DNA of 64,000 nucleotides from Thermoproteota archaeon. GTDB taxonomy: Archaea > Thermoproteota > Thermoprotei > Gearchaeales > Gearchaeaceae. The position numbers were made by a program, and so were the translations under genes. The stretch spans positions 96,001 to 160,000 of the forward strand of contig JAVVGF010000004.1 in assembly GCA_032249235.1 (NCBI GenBank), in the 5' to 3' direction. The stretch's first letter is position 1; each line of letters opens with the position of its first letter. The notes beneath the pieces are model-generated. The model saw only the letters and a list, made by a program, of their open reading frames with translations. It did not search any database and had not been told where the DNA came from. This document shows positions 10,198-19,991 of the stretch, in pieces.

Positions 10198-11124
10198 ATG
10201 GAAGAAATTAAAGATGTTAAACTCAGAAATGGTATGAAAATTCCAGATTTGATAGAAGAATTAAAGCATTCTTCAGCATTCATGGCAAAGCATTTGGCCG
10301 ATGCATGCAAGATATTCGAAGAAATGATATTAAATGAAGATTGCTTTGTATTCCTTTCATTCACAGCTAACATTGTTGCAACTGGAATAAGAGGTGTAAT
10401 CGTTGAGATGATAAAAAGAGGTTATGTAGATGCTATCATAACTACAGGTGGAACTTTTGATCATGATATTGCTAGATCCTTAGGCGGTAAATACTATGCA
10501 GGAGATTTCGATATGAATGACGAGGAGCTTCATCATAAAGATATCCACAGATTGGGTAACGTCTTGATACCTCTTGAAAGTTATGGAATTTTAATAGAGA
10601 AATTTGTGCGCCAGAAGCTAAAAGTGTACTTAGAAAATAAAACCAAAGTTTCTCCTAGCGAACTTGCAAACGAATTAGGAAGAATTATAGATGATGAGAA
10701 TTCAATTCTGAGACAAGCTTATCTTACCAATACACCAATATATTGCCCTGGAATCATTGATTCATCATTCGGTACTGCTTTGTTCTTTTTATCACAAACT
10801 ATGAAATTCCAGCTCGATTTATTCAGCGATATGAAAGAATTGCTTGATATCGTATATTCGTATAAAAAAACTGGAGCCATGATAGTAGGAGGAGGAATAA
10901 GTAAACATCATTTATTATGGTGGAATCAATTCAAGGAAGGTCTTGATTATTGCATTTATATAACTACCGCAACAGAATATGATGGTAGTCTTTCAGGTGC
11001 AAGACCGAAAGAAGCAATATCATGGAAAAAATTAAAGCCGCGCTCAAAGCAAACTTATTTATATTGTGATGCAACGATAGCTTTGCCAATTATTGTTCAA
11101 TATTGTATAGAAAGAATTGGGTAA
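10198..11124 (+). CDS. dys: deoxyhypusine synthase
   Basis: SFTANIVATG, ITTGG, HRLGNV, GGGISKHH and YDGSLSGARPKEAISW motifs. Confidence 0.96.
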   Translation: MEEIKDVKLRNGMKIPDLIEELKHSSAFMAKHLADACKIFEEMILNEDCFVFLSFTANIVATGIRGVIVEMIKRGYVDAIITTGGTFDHDIARSLGGKYYAGDFDMNDEELHHKDIHRLGNVLIPLESYGILIEKFVRQKLKVYLENKTKVSPSELANELGRIIDDENSILRQAYLTNTPIYCPGIIDSSFGTALFFLSQTMKFQLDLFSDMKELLDIVYSYKKTGAMIVGGGISKHHLLWWNQFKEGLDYCIYITTATEYDGSLSGARPKEAISWKKLKPRSKQTYLYCDATIALPIIVQYCIERIG

Positions 11125-11151
11125 CTTTATATCACTATTGAAATAATTTAC

Positions 11152-11580
11152 GTGGAGAAAGCAATAAGCGAAATCTTCAGCTCAATAATAAACTTAACTC
11201 TTGTAATTTCTCTTTCGTTAGTTGTATATTTATTTGCTTATTCGCATTTCTCTGCTTATTATTCAAATTTTAATAAACTCTTAGATGATTTCAATAAGAA
11301 AAGCAATGGAAATCTTTTGATTGAACATGCTCAATTGATCGAAGATAAATTATTCATCATCATCACCAACATTTCTTCTTCTAAATTTTATCTTCAAAGT
11401 ATCAAAATTTTATCTAAAAGTATCGAAAAGGCTTTTGTTTTAAGAGAAGGATTAGAACCGAATGAGACAAAAGTTCTTTCTTTATCTATCAATGGAAGTC
11501 TAGAAAATCAAATTGAAGTTATCATAATATATTCAATCGAAAACATAAATGAGACATTCAATGCAACATATTATCTCTAA
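11152..11580 (+). CDS. archaeal pilin-like protein
   Basis: Class III signal peptide MEKA/ISEIFSSII followed by a hydrophobic helix. 142 aa. Confidence 0.6.
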   Translation: MEKAISEIFSSIINLTLVISLSLVVYLFAYSHFSAYYSNFNKLLDDFNKKSNGNLLIEHAQLIEDKLFIIITNISSSKFYLQSIKILSKSIEKAFVLREGLEPNETKVLSLSINGSLENQIEVIIIYSIENINETFNATYYL

Positions 11581-11612
11581 ATAAATAATAGTAAAGAATT
11601 CTTATTTTCAAG

Positions 11613-12977
11613 ATGGGAAAGTTATTTGGAACAAATGGAGTAAGAGGTGTATTTGGAGAACTTTTAACTCCTGATTTTGTATATAAGCTCTCATGTTCAA
11701 TTGCACAATATTTTTCAGGTAAAGAAATACTTGTTGGATGTGATACGAGACATACAAGAGAAGTAATAAAAAGAGCTGTTTTTGCAGGTTTAAGTTCAAT
11801 GGGTTTGAAATTTTATGATTCAGGAATAGCACCTACTCCTGCGCATCAATATGCTGTTAGGTATTACAATTTAGATGGAGGAATAGTGATAACGGCGAGT
11901 CATAATCCTCCTGAATATAATGGAATAAAACTTTTGGGTAAAAACGGCGATGAAATACCTCATAGTGAAGAAGATAAAGTCGAGGAAATTTTCTTTAACG
12001 AAAAGTATACTTATAGCGAAATACCTTCTCTTTGCTCAGGTAAAATCGATAGCATTACACCATATATAAATGCTATAAAAGAAAGAGTTGATGTAGAAGC
12101 AATATCTAAAAAGAACTTCAAGATAGCAATAGATCCAGCATGTGGAGCAGCTTCATTAACTGCTCCTCTTTTAGTTAAGGAATTAAAAGTTAAAGCTTAT
12201 CTAATAAATTCACAACCTGATGGATATTTTCCTTCAAGGGAACCTGAACCTTTAAGAGAAAATTTAAAAGAATTGGGAGAACTAACTAAAAGGCTCAATT
12301 TAGATCTAGCAATTGCATTTGATGGTGATGCAGATAGAGCTATTTTCCTAGATGAAAAAGGTAATGTAATTTGGGGTGATAGGAGCGGTGCAATTCTTTC
12401 CAAACATGTTCTAGCTAAGCACGGAAAAGGAACACTTGTAGTAGGTGTTAGCGCATCGACGCTTGTAGAAAGTGTAGTTAAGGAATTGAATGGTGATGTT
12501 ATTTGGACCAAAGTAGGAAGCGTTATCGTTACTGAGAAAATCAATGAACTAATATCAAAAGGCATATTTGCATTCGGTCTTGAAGAGAATGGAGGCTTCT
12601 TTTACACTCCTATGCATCCAACTAGAGACGGTTGCATGACATTGGCTCTTATGCTTGAATGTTTAGCAAAAACTCATAAAAAATTGAGCGAACTTGATGA
12701 GGAACTACCTAAAAGATGGATGATGAAGACTAAGGTTGAAGCAAAGAATATTGATAGAAAAGCTATAATTGAAAAGATAGCAGAAAGTTTCTCTGGTTAT
12801 AGGAGTGACAGAATAGACGGAATTAGGGTATGGCTTAATGAAAGAGAATGGTTTTTAGTTAGACCTAGCGGTACAGAACCTTTAATAAGGATATTTGCTG
12901 AATCAGATTCTCCTGAATCTGCTACGAAAATATTGAATAACATAAAAAAGATGGTAGAAAATTTGATCAAGAAATGA
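11613..12977 (+). CDS. phosphoglucomutase/phosphomannomutase (GlmM family)
   Basis: LFGTNGVRG, TASHNP, FDGDADR and RPSGTEP motifs. Confidence 0.95.
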   Translation: MGKLFGTNGVRGVFGELLTPDFVYKLSCSIAQYFSGKEILVGCDTRHTREVIKRAVFAGLSSMGLKFYDSGIAPTPAHQYAVRYYNLDGGIVITASHNPPEYNGIKLLGKNGDEIPHSEEDKVEEIFFNEKYTYSEIPSLCSGKIDSITPYINAIKERVDVEAISKKNFKIAIDPACGAASLTAPLLVKELKVKAYLINSQPDGYFPSREPEPLRENLKELGELTKRLNLDLAIAFDGDADRAIFLDEKGNVIWGDRSGAILSKHVLAKHGKGTLVVGVSASTLVESVVKELNGDVIWTKVGSVIVTEKINELISKGIFAFGLEENGGFFYTPMHPTRDGCMTLALMLECLAKTHKKLSELDEELPKRWMMKTKVEAKNIDRKAIIEKIAESFSGYRSDRIDGIRVWLNEREWFLVRPSGTEPLIRIFAESDSPESATKILNNIKKMVENLIKK

Positions 12978-14029
12978 GCATGATAATTTCAATGCCTAGA
13001 GTCGATCCTGCGATGGAAAAAGGAACAATATTGAAGATAATGAAAAAAGTTGGAGATAAGGTATCGAAGAATGAAATAATACTAAAAGTTATGACTGAAA
13101 AGGCAACATTTGAAATCAGTTCTCCGTATGAAGGATATGTAACTAAGATTTTTCATAATGAAGGAGAAGAATTGAACGTAGGAGAGCCAATATTAGAAAT
13201 ATCTCCTACGCTAGAAGTTAAAGAAGAAGTTCAAGAAGTCTTAGCAACCCCTGCTGCGAGAAGATTGGCAAGAGAGTATGGAATCGATCTTTCAAAAATA
13301 AAAGGAAGCGGGCCTCAAGGTAGAATTACACAGGAAGACGTATTGCAATTTTTGAGCAAGGCTGGATTGGAAAAGAAAGAAGAAATCATTCCTCTTTCTC
13401 CTATTAGAAGAGTAATAGCACAGAGAGTAGAGAAAAGTCATAAGGAAATTCCTCAATTGACTGTTCACGTGAATGTAAAGGTAGATAAATTATTAAATCA
13501 TAGAGCTCAAAGAAATCTAAGCTTTGATTCTTATTTTATATTTGCATCTTCAAGAGCTCTTAAAGAATTTCCTTTGTTAAATTCAGAATACAAAGACGGC
13601 TCAATAAACTTAAAGAATGAGATAAACATCGCTTTCGCTTTAGCTATAGATAATGAATTGTACATGCCTGTTATAAAGAATGCAGATAAAAAGAGCTTAG
13701 ATGAAATAGATAAAGAACATTCAATATTGATAGAGAAAGCAAAAAAAGGGAATCTAAGTTTAGAAGATTTGCAAGGATATACATTTTCAATAACAAATCT
13801 AGGAGCATATGAAGTAATTCATTTCAATCCTCTCATTTATCCTCCAAACGTTGCAATTTTAGGTGTTGGAACCATTGAATACAAAATTTATTCAGAAAGC
13901 AACTCTATTTACATAAAGCCTTCAATCATGCTAAGCTTGAGTTTCGATCATAGAGTAATTGATGGTATGTATGCAGCAAGATTTTTGAAAAAAGTCAAGG
14001 ATATAATTGAAAGTGGAAGCTTTGAATAA
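12974..14029 (+). CDS. dihydrolipoamide acyltransferase (E2)
   Basis: Lipoyl domain (TEKA), E3-binding ATPAARRLA...GSGPQGRI, catalytic FDHRVIDG. Confidence 0.93.
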   Translation: MSMIISMPRVDPAMEKGTILKIMKKVGDKVSKNEIILKVMTEKATFEISSPYEGYVTKIFHNEGEELNVGEPILEISPTLEVKEEVQEVLATPAARRLAREYGIDLSKIKGSGPQGRITQEDVLQFLSKAGLEKKEEIIPLSPIRRVIAQRVEKSHKEIPQLTVHVNVKVDKLLNHRAQRNLSFDSYFIFASSRALKEFPLLNSEYKDGSINLKNEINIAFALAIDNELYMPVIKNADKKSLDEIDKEHSILIEKAKKGNLSLEDLQGYTFSITNLGAYEVIHFNPLIYPPNVAILGVGTIEYKIYSESNSIYIKPSIMLSLSFDHRVIDGMYAARFLKKVKDIIESGSFE

Positions 14030-14753
14030 TTTTCGCATAATTTATGAAAATGAATTTGATCTGAATAGAAACTTGGCTTTAGAAGAAGCTATATTGATTT
14101 CTTTGAATGGAGGTAATTCAACGAATACTTTTAGACTTTGGATTAACGAAGATTCAGCAATAGCTCCTTTTCATGAAAGTATATTCAAATTAATAGATGT
14201 TGAATATTGTTTAAGAGGAGGTATAAAATTAGGTAGGAGAATAACAGGAGGAGGAGCAATATATAATGATGAAGGAAATTTAAATTGGAGTTTTTTTGTT
14301 CAAAGAAAACCTTATGAAAAATTTTCTCTGATTGAACTTTACCGTTACTTTTCAAGTTATATAGTAAAAGCCCTGAGCGAAATAGGAATTGAATTAGAAT
14401 TCAGAGAACCTAATTGGTTATCTATAAAAGGAAAGAAGGTCTCAGGAATGGCTGGTTACATAAAAAGCAATTCAATTTTGATCCATGGCACTCTTCTTGT
14501 CGATGCAAATCTTGATAAGCTCGAGAAAGTTTGTAAGGAGCATTACAAATATCCTCCTGTCATGAACATATCTGAAATCAAATCTATTTCAATTAATGAA
14601 TTAATTCATCATATATCAAATTGGATGAAGAAGAAATTAAGCGAAAAGAGCGAAGTTACTTTAGCAGATAAGCCTAGCGAATATGAGCTAAAGCTCGCAG
14701 AAAAGCTTAAAGAAGAAAAATATGAAAAGATTTCTTGGATATTCTCAAAATGA
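14007..14753 (+). CDS. lipoate-protein ligase A family
   Basis: RRITGGGAIYND, KKVSG and HGTLL motifs. Confidence 0.9.
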   Translation: MKVEALNNFRIIYENEFDLNRNLALEEAILISLNGGNSTNTFRLWINEDSAIAPFHESIFKLIDVEYCLRGGIKLGRRITGGGAIYNDEGNLNWSFFVQRKPYEKFSLIELYRYFSSYIVKALSEIGIELEFREPNWLSIKGKKVSGMAGYIKSNSILIHGTLLVDANLDKLEKVCKEHYKYPPVMNISEIKSISINELIHHISNWMKKKLSEKSEVTLADKPSEYELKLAEKLKEEKYEKISWIFSK

Positions 14754-15772
14754 AAGCAGCTCTTCTTAAGGCTATAAGGGAAATAAAAATAGAAGAAAAA
14801 GAAATACCTAAGCCAAAAAATGGAGAGGTGCTGATAAGAGTTCTCTATTCTTTAACATGCGGCACAGATTTAAAGGCTTATGAAAGAGGGCATCCTTACA
14901 TTAATTATCCTAGAATTATAGGTCATGAATATGTAGGTGAAATTATCGAAAAGAGTAGCAATGTTAAGAATTTCGAAATAGGAGATATTGTAGCAGGTGC
15001 TAATTCTGCACCTTGTATGCAGTGTTATTATTGCAAAAAAGGTAACTATAATCTTTGTGAAAACTTAAAGGACACGTTAATAGGTTTTACACTTGATGGT
15101 TCTTTTGCAGAATACATGATCATACCTAAACGAATCGTAGAATTAAATCTCTTTAAAATTAAAGAAAAGAACTATAAAAAGTATGCAGCTTTAGAACCTT
15201 TGGCTTGCGTCGTGCATGCATGGAATCTATTGAATGCTAAAGAAGATGATGAAATATTGATAATAGGAAGCGGTCCAATAGCTCTTTTGCATGCTCAATT
15301 AGCTCTTAATTTCACAAAAAAGGTTAATTTGTTAGGAAAACATGCATCGAGATTAAAGATAGCCAAAATGCTAGGCATAAAAGTTTATGATTATGAAGAA
15401 TATAAACATGAGATAATCAAGTTGAAAGAAGGGGAAGGATATGATATTGTGATAGAAGCAGTTGGTACGATTGAAGCATGGAATATTGCTTTTGAACTTG
15501 TGAGAAAAGGTGGCACTTTGATTTATTTCGGAGGCTTAAAAGCTGGTACCCAAATCAATCTCGATGCATATAAAATACATTATGGTGAACTGAAAATTTT
15601 TGGTTCTTTTCATCATGATCCTAGCTCAGTTAAAAAAGCCTTTGAATTGATTGAGAAGAATAAAGTCAATACTGAGATGTTGATTACGAGCGAAAGAAAA
15701 ATTGATGAAATAGAAAAAGCCTTGTTAAGCATGGCTAAAGGTGAAGATATGAAAGTAGGTATTATATTTTAA
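14750..15772 (+). CDS. zinc-dependent medium-chain alcohol dehydrogenase
   Basis: CGTD, GHE, CxxCxxCx7C and GSGPI motifs. Start set at MKAALL (ATGA overlap with the lplA-family gene). Confidence 0.9.
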   Translation: MKAALLKAIREIKIEEKEIPKPKNGEVLIRVLYSLTCGTDLKAYERGHPYINYPRIIGHEYVGEIIEKSSNVKNFEIGDIVAGANSAPCMQCYYCKKGNYNLCENLKDTLIGFTLDGSFAEYMIIPKRIVELNLFKIKEKNYKKYAALEPLACVVHAWNLLNAKEDDEILIIGSGPIALLHAQLALNFTKKVNLLGKHASRLKIAKMLGIKVYDYEEYKHEIIKLKEGEGYDIVIEAVGTIEAWNIAFELVRKGGTLIYFGGLKAGTQINLDAYKIHYGELKIFGSFHHDPSSVKKAFELIEKNKVNTEMLITSERKIDEIEKALLSMAKGEDMKVGIIF

Positions 15773-16751
15773 AACCAAAATTCTGTTCAACAGCCTTTAT
15801 TATTTTATCTTTGCTTACCATGTATTGTTTCTCCAAGATAGGACTGAATGGAACTGGCAAATCAGGGGAAGTAACTCTAACGATTGGCCCATCTAAATAA
15901 TCAAAGGCATTCTCCATTATTTGCATTGCTATTTCATTTGTAATACTACCGCTTCTCACGTCATCCGCTACTATTATAACCCTTCCAGTTTTTTTAACGG
16001 AGCTTACTATAGTTTCAATATCTAAAGGTATAAGCGTTCTAGGATCAATTACTTCTGCGCTTATTCCTCTCTCTTCAAGTTCCTTTGCAGCGTTTAAAGC
16101 TTCCAAGACACATCTTGAAAAAGCAATGATCGTTAAATCTTCTCCTTTCTTTTTAATATCTGCCTTCCCTAAAGGAATTGTATATTCGTTTTCAGGCACT
16201 TCTCCCTTTGTCTTGTATAGAACACCACTTTCTACGAAGAGTACAGGATTTTCATCCCTAATTGAACTTTTCAACAGACCTTTTGCATCATAAGGATTTG
16301 AAGGTAATACTATTTTTATTCCTGGAGATTGTAAAAACCATGAAGGATAAAACTGTGAATGTTGAGATCCATGAACCCTTCCTAAGCTATATTGTGTTCT
16401 AATAACTAAAGGAACTTTCAATTGCCCACCGCTCATAAATCTCATTTTAGCTATATGCGTAACAATTTGGTCAGCAGCAATAGCGAGGAAATCCATATAC
16501 ATTATTTCAGCTACAGGTTTAAGGCCAGCTAACGCTGCACCTGCAGCAACACCTATTATTGCAATTTCTGAAATAGGTGTATCTATTACGCGCTTTGGTC
16601 CAAATTCTTTAAGTAGTCCCTGAGTTACTTTATAAACTCCTTCAAAAAGACCAACTTCTTCACCTAGTATTATTACTCTTTCATCTCTACGCATCTCTTC
16701 TCTCAAGGCTTCTCTCAAAGCTTCAGCGTAAGTTATTTCTCTCATACCCAA
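15762..16751 (-). CDS. 2-oxoacid/acetoin dehydrogenase E1 beta
   Basis: DTPISE, PVAEIMYMDF, GSQHSQ and PYDAKGLL motifs. Confidence 0.93.
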   Translation of the reverse strand: MGMREITYAEALREALREEMRRDERVIILGEEVGLFEGVYKVTQGLLKEFGPKRVIDTPISEIAIIGVAAGAALAGLKPVAEIMYMDFLAIAADQIVTHIAKMRFMSGGQLKVPLVIRTQYSLGRVHGSQHSQFYPSWFLQSPGIKIVLPSNPYDAKGLLKSSIRDENPVLFVESGVLYKTKGEVPENEYTIPLGKADIKKKGEDLTIIAFSRCVLEALNAAKELEERGISAEVIDPRTLIPLDIETIVSSVKKTGRVIIVADDVRSGSITNEIAMQIMENAFDYLDGPIVRVTSPDLPVPFSPILEKQYMVSKDKIIKAVEQNFGFKI

Positions 16752-17734
16752 AGTAGCTTATACAATTCTTCGAAATCTAATACTTCATCTTTCATAGCTT
16801 GCTGTACTGCATCCTCGATTTCATTTTCTATTTCTTTTTCTATCTTCTTGATTTCTTCCTCATCTATGATTCCAGCTTGAATTAAGCGGTTTTTATAGAG
16901 TTTAATTGGATCTCTTTCAAGCCATTTAGCTACTTCATTCGGATCTCTATACTTACCTTCATCATAAACTCCATGTCCTTTCATTTTATAAGTCCTCGCT
17001 TCTATGAATACTGGGCTAATTCCTTTTTTAACCATTTCTATTGCCTCCCTTGCTGCCTTATATGTGCAAGTAACATCATTTCCATCTGTTACTATTACTT
17101 CCATATTATATGAGGCAGCTCTATCAGCGATGCTTTTCGAAGATAAACTTCTCGTTATGTGAGTTGACATTGCATAGAAATTGTTCTCACAAACAAATAT
17201 TATAGGCAACTTCCATAATGCAGCAATGTTCATGCCTTCATGGAAAGCACCAGTATTAACTGCTCCATCTCCAAAGAAACAAACAGTTATTATGTCTTTG
17301 TTTTGATATTTATTAGCTAACGCTATTCCAGCTGCAATAGGTATTCCACTACCTACTATTGCTGTAGCTAAAATTATTCCATTTTCTAAGCTTATCGCTG
17401 CATGCATTGATCCTCCTAATCCTTTGCACGTACCTGTTTTCTTACCGAACATCTCAGCCATTAGTTTCCTTATCGAAACACCCTTTGCTATAGCATGACC
17501 ATGGCAACGATAAGTCGTAACGACTAGATCCTCATTTCTTAAATTTGAACAAATACCTGTAGCAACAGCTTCTTGTCCTAGATACAAATGTGCTGGGCCA
17601 ATTAATATTCCTTTAATTAAAAATAATTCTTCGATTTTTTCCTCAAATTTCCTTATTTCTAACATTTTTCTTAAGAGCATTTTCGGTTCCTTTATAAGTT
17701 CGAATTCAGCACTTTGAATTTCATGAATAGCCAT
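16742..17734 (-). CDS. 2-oxoacid/acetoin dehydrogenase E1 alpha
   Basis: HLYLGQEA, YRCHGH, GGSMH and the ThDP motif GDGA...ENN. Confidence 0.93.
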   Translation of the reverse strand: MAIHEIQSAEFELIKEPKMLLRKMLEIRKFEEKIEELFLIKGILIGPAHLYLGQEAVATGICSNLRNEDLVVTTYRCHGHAIAKGVSIRKLMAEMFGKKTGTCKGLGGSMHAAISLENGIILATAIVGSGIPIAAGIALANKYQNKDIITVCFFGDGAVNTGAFHEGMNIAALWKLPIIFVCENNFYAMSTHITRSLSSKSIADRAASYNMEVIVTDGNDVTCTYKAAREAIEMVKKGISPVFIEARTYKMKGHGVYDEGKYRDPNEVAKWLERDPIKLYKNRLIQAGIIDEEEIKKIEKEIENEIEDAVQQAMKDEVLDFEELYKLLWV

Positions 17735-17808
17735 AAAATAATAGAATCAAGCAAGGATATATCATTTTGAAAAAAATAAAAGAATCACGTCTAAATATAA
17801 TGAATGAG

Positions 17809-17910
17809 GCGGGGGTTCCCGAGCCAGGACAAAGGGGCAGGACCTAAAATAGGTGCCAGACTTAAGATCCTGTGCGAAGAGCTTCGTGGGTTCAAATCCC
17901 ACCCCCCGCA
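17809..17910 (+). tRNA. tRNA-Leu(TAA) with 18-nt intron (17842-17859) at position 30/31
   Basis: Removing ACCTAAAATAGGTGCCAG gives the anticodon arm CAGGA-CTTAAGA-TCCTG, a long variable arm and a GTTCAAATC T-loop. BHB: central helix GGCA/TGCC with GGA and AGA bulges. Confidence 0.92.
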
Positions 17911-17971
17911 TTGGTTTCTGAATGTTTGAAACAGTTTTATTACAAACTCTACAATCTCAACACTTCTTTAC

Positions 17972-18011
17972 AAAAATGAAAACCTAGCCTTTTGGACGAT
18001 GAGGAAGTTAG
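17972..18011 (+). mobile_element. degenerate palindrome-only (PATE-like) remnant of the IS200/IS605 element
   Basis: AAAAATGAAAACCTAGCCTTTTGGACGATGAGGAAGTTAG resembles the left-end/right-end fusion of the element at 32650-33900 and is also preceded by TTTAC. Confidence 0.6.
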
Positions 18012-18029
18012 AAAAATGAAGATCTACTG

Positions 18030-19958
18030 TCACTCTGGAATAAGTTTGTCTTCTTTTGAATATTTGAAATATATACAACCTAGAGGAGGTAATGAAATTT
18101 CAATAGAATAAGGTCTATTATGAATAGGTTCTTCTTTAGCTTTCACTCCTCCAAAATTTCCCCATCCACTACCGCCATATACTTCTGCATCAGTATTTAG
18201 TATTTCTTTCCAAAATCCTAGTCTCGGTACTCCTATCTTATAGTTTTCTCTAGGAACAGGTGTGAAATTACAAACAACTAAAATGATTTCTTCGCCATCT
18301 AAGCTTTTCCTTACAAAGCTTATTATACTTTTTTCCCAATCGTTGAAGTCTATCCATTCAAATCCTTCTCTTTTAAAATCAGTTTCATGTAAAGCTCTTT
18401 CCCTTTTGTATTTTTCATTCAAATCTTTAACTAATCTTTGTATACCTGCATGAAACTTATCTTTAAGTAAATGCCATTCCAATTCTGCATCATGATTCCA
18501 CTCGCTTCTTTGTCCAAATTCGTTTCCCATGAAAAGCAATTTCTTTCCAGGATGAGCATACATATAAGCATAAAGTAATCTGAGATTTGCAAATTTTTGC
18601 CATTCATCACCAGGCATTTTGTATAACAACGAATGCTTGCCATGAACTACTTCATCATGAGATAAAGGAAGCACGAAATTCTCTGAAAATGCATACCAAA
18701 TGCTAAAAGTAAGCATGTTATGATGATATTTTCTATAAATTGGGTCTTTGGACATATATTCAAGTATATCATGCATCCAACCCATATTCCATTTCATGCC
18801 GAATCCCAATCCACCAGCATATACAGGCCAAGAAACCATCGGCCATGCAGTTGATTCTTCTGCTATTGTTTGAACATCAGGATAATATTTGTATACAGCT
18901 TCATTCAGTTCCCTTATGAATGATATTGCTTCAAGGTTTTCTTTTCCTCCATATATATTTGGAACCCATTCACCGGGTTTTCTTGAATAGTCTAGATATA
19001 GCATTGAAGCAACAGCATCTATTCTTAGTCCATCAACATGATATTTATCAAGCCAAAACAAAGCCGAGCTAATTAAAAATGCTCTCACTTCATTTTTTCC
19101 ATAATCGAATATATAGCTATTCCAATCAGGATGGTATCTTTTCCTCCAATCTTCATATTCATAAAGATAAGTCCCATCAAAGTATGCTAAACCATGTCCA
19201 TCAGTTGCGAAATGTGAAGGAACCCAATCAAGTATTACCCCAATATCGTTTTTATGCAATTCTTCGATTAGATGCATGAAATCCTGTGGTTTACCATATC
19301 TTGAAGTAGGAGAAAAATATCCAGTTATTTGATAACCCCAGCTACCATAAAATGGATGCTCCATTACAGGTAAAAATTCTACATGCGTAAATCCCAGTTC
19401 TTTTACATATTTAGGAAGTTCTTCAGACAACTCTAGATAGCTTAACCATCTATTACTTTCTTCTTTTCTCCTTTTCCAAGATCCTAAATGAACTTCATAT
19501 ATCGCAATAGGTGCTTTTAAAGAATTCTTTTGAAATCTATTTTTCATCCAATCATCATCCTTCCACTCATAGCTTAGATCCCAAACTATCGATGCAGTCT
19601 TTGGAGGTTCTTCGCTAAAGAATGCGAAAGGGTCTGCCTTATCGATTTCGTAATTTCCAGCTTCTATTTTGTATTTATAACGATCTCCCATTTTTACACC
19701 TGGAATGAATCCTTCCCATATTCCTGCATCTTCTCGCTTAAAAAGTAAATGCTTTTCTGAATTCCATTCATTAAAATCTCCTATTACTGAAACGCTTTTA
19801 GCATTTGGAGCCCATACAGCAAAATAAACTCCTTTTTCACCATCAAGCTCTAGCACATGTGAACCTAGCTTTTCATAAAGCCTATAATGCTTACCAGATT
19901 TGAATAAATAAACATCATAATCTGTTATCAATGAATATTTGATGACTTCTCTAACCAT
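18030..19958 (-). CDS. glgB: 1,4-alpha-glucan branching enzyme (GH13, bacterial type)
   Basis: [40 protein letters not shown] and [10 protein letters not shown] motifs. Confidence 0.96.
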   Translation of the reverse strand: MVREVIKYSLITDYDVYLFKSGKHYRLYEKLGSHVLELDGEKGVYFAVWAPNAKSVSVIGDFNEWNSEKHLLFKREDAGIWEGFIPGVKMGDRYKYKIEAGNYEIDKADPFAFFSEEPPKTASIVWDLSYEWKDDDWMKNRFQKNSLKAPIAIYEVHLGSWKRRKEESNRWLSYLELSEELPKYVKELGFTHVEFLPVMEHPFYGSWGYQITGYFSPTSRYGKPQDFMHLIEELHKNDIGVILDWVPSHFATDGHGLAYFDGTYLYEYEDWRKRYHPDWNSYIFDYGKNEVRAFLISSALFWLDKYHVDGLRIDAVASMLYLDYSRKPGEWVPNIYGGKENLEAISFIRELNEAVYKYYPDVQTIAEESTAWPMVSWPVYAGGLGFGMKWNMGWMHDILEYMSKDPIYRKYHHNMLTFSIWYAFSENFVLPLSHDEVVHGKHSLLYKMPGDEWQKFANLRLLYAYMYAHPGKKLLFMGNEFGQRSEWNHDAELEWHLLKDKFHAGIQRLVKDLNEKYKRERALHETDFKREGFEWIDFNDWEKSIISFVRKSLDGEEIILVVCNFTPVPRENYKIGVPRLGFWKEILNTDAEVYGGSGWGNFGGVKAKEEPIHNRPYSIEISLPPLGCIYFKYSKEDKLIPE

Positions 19959-19991
19959 TTAATCTATTAATGTATTAGCCCATTATTTAGT

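Noticed and set aside
17996-18040. C/D box sRNA (ACGATGA...ATGAAGA...)
   Set aside because: No proper CTGA D boxes; better explained as an IS-end remnant.
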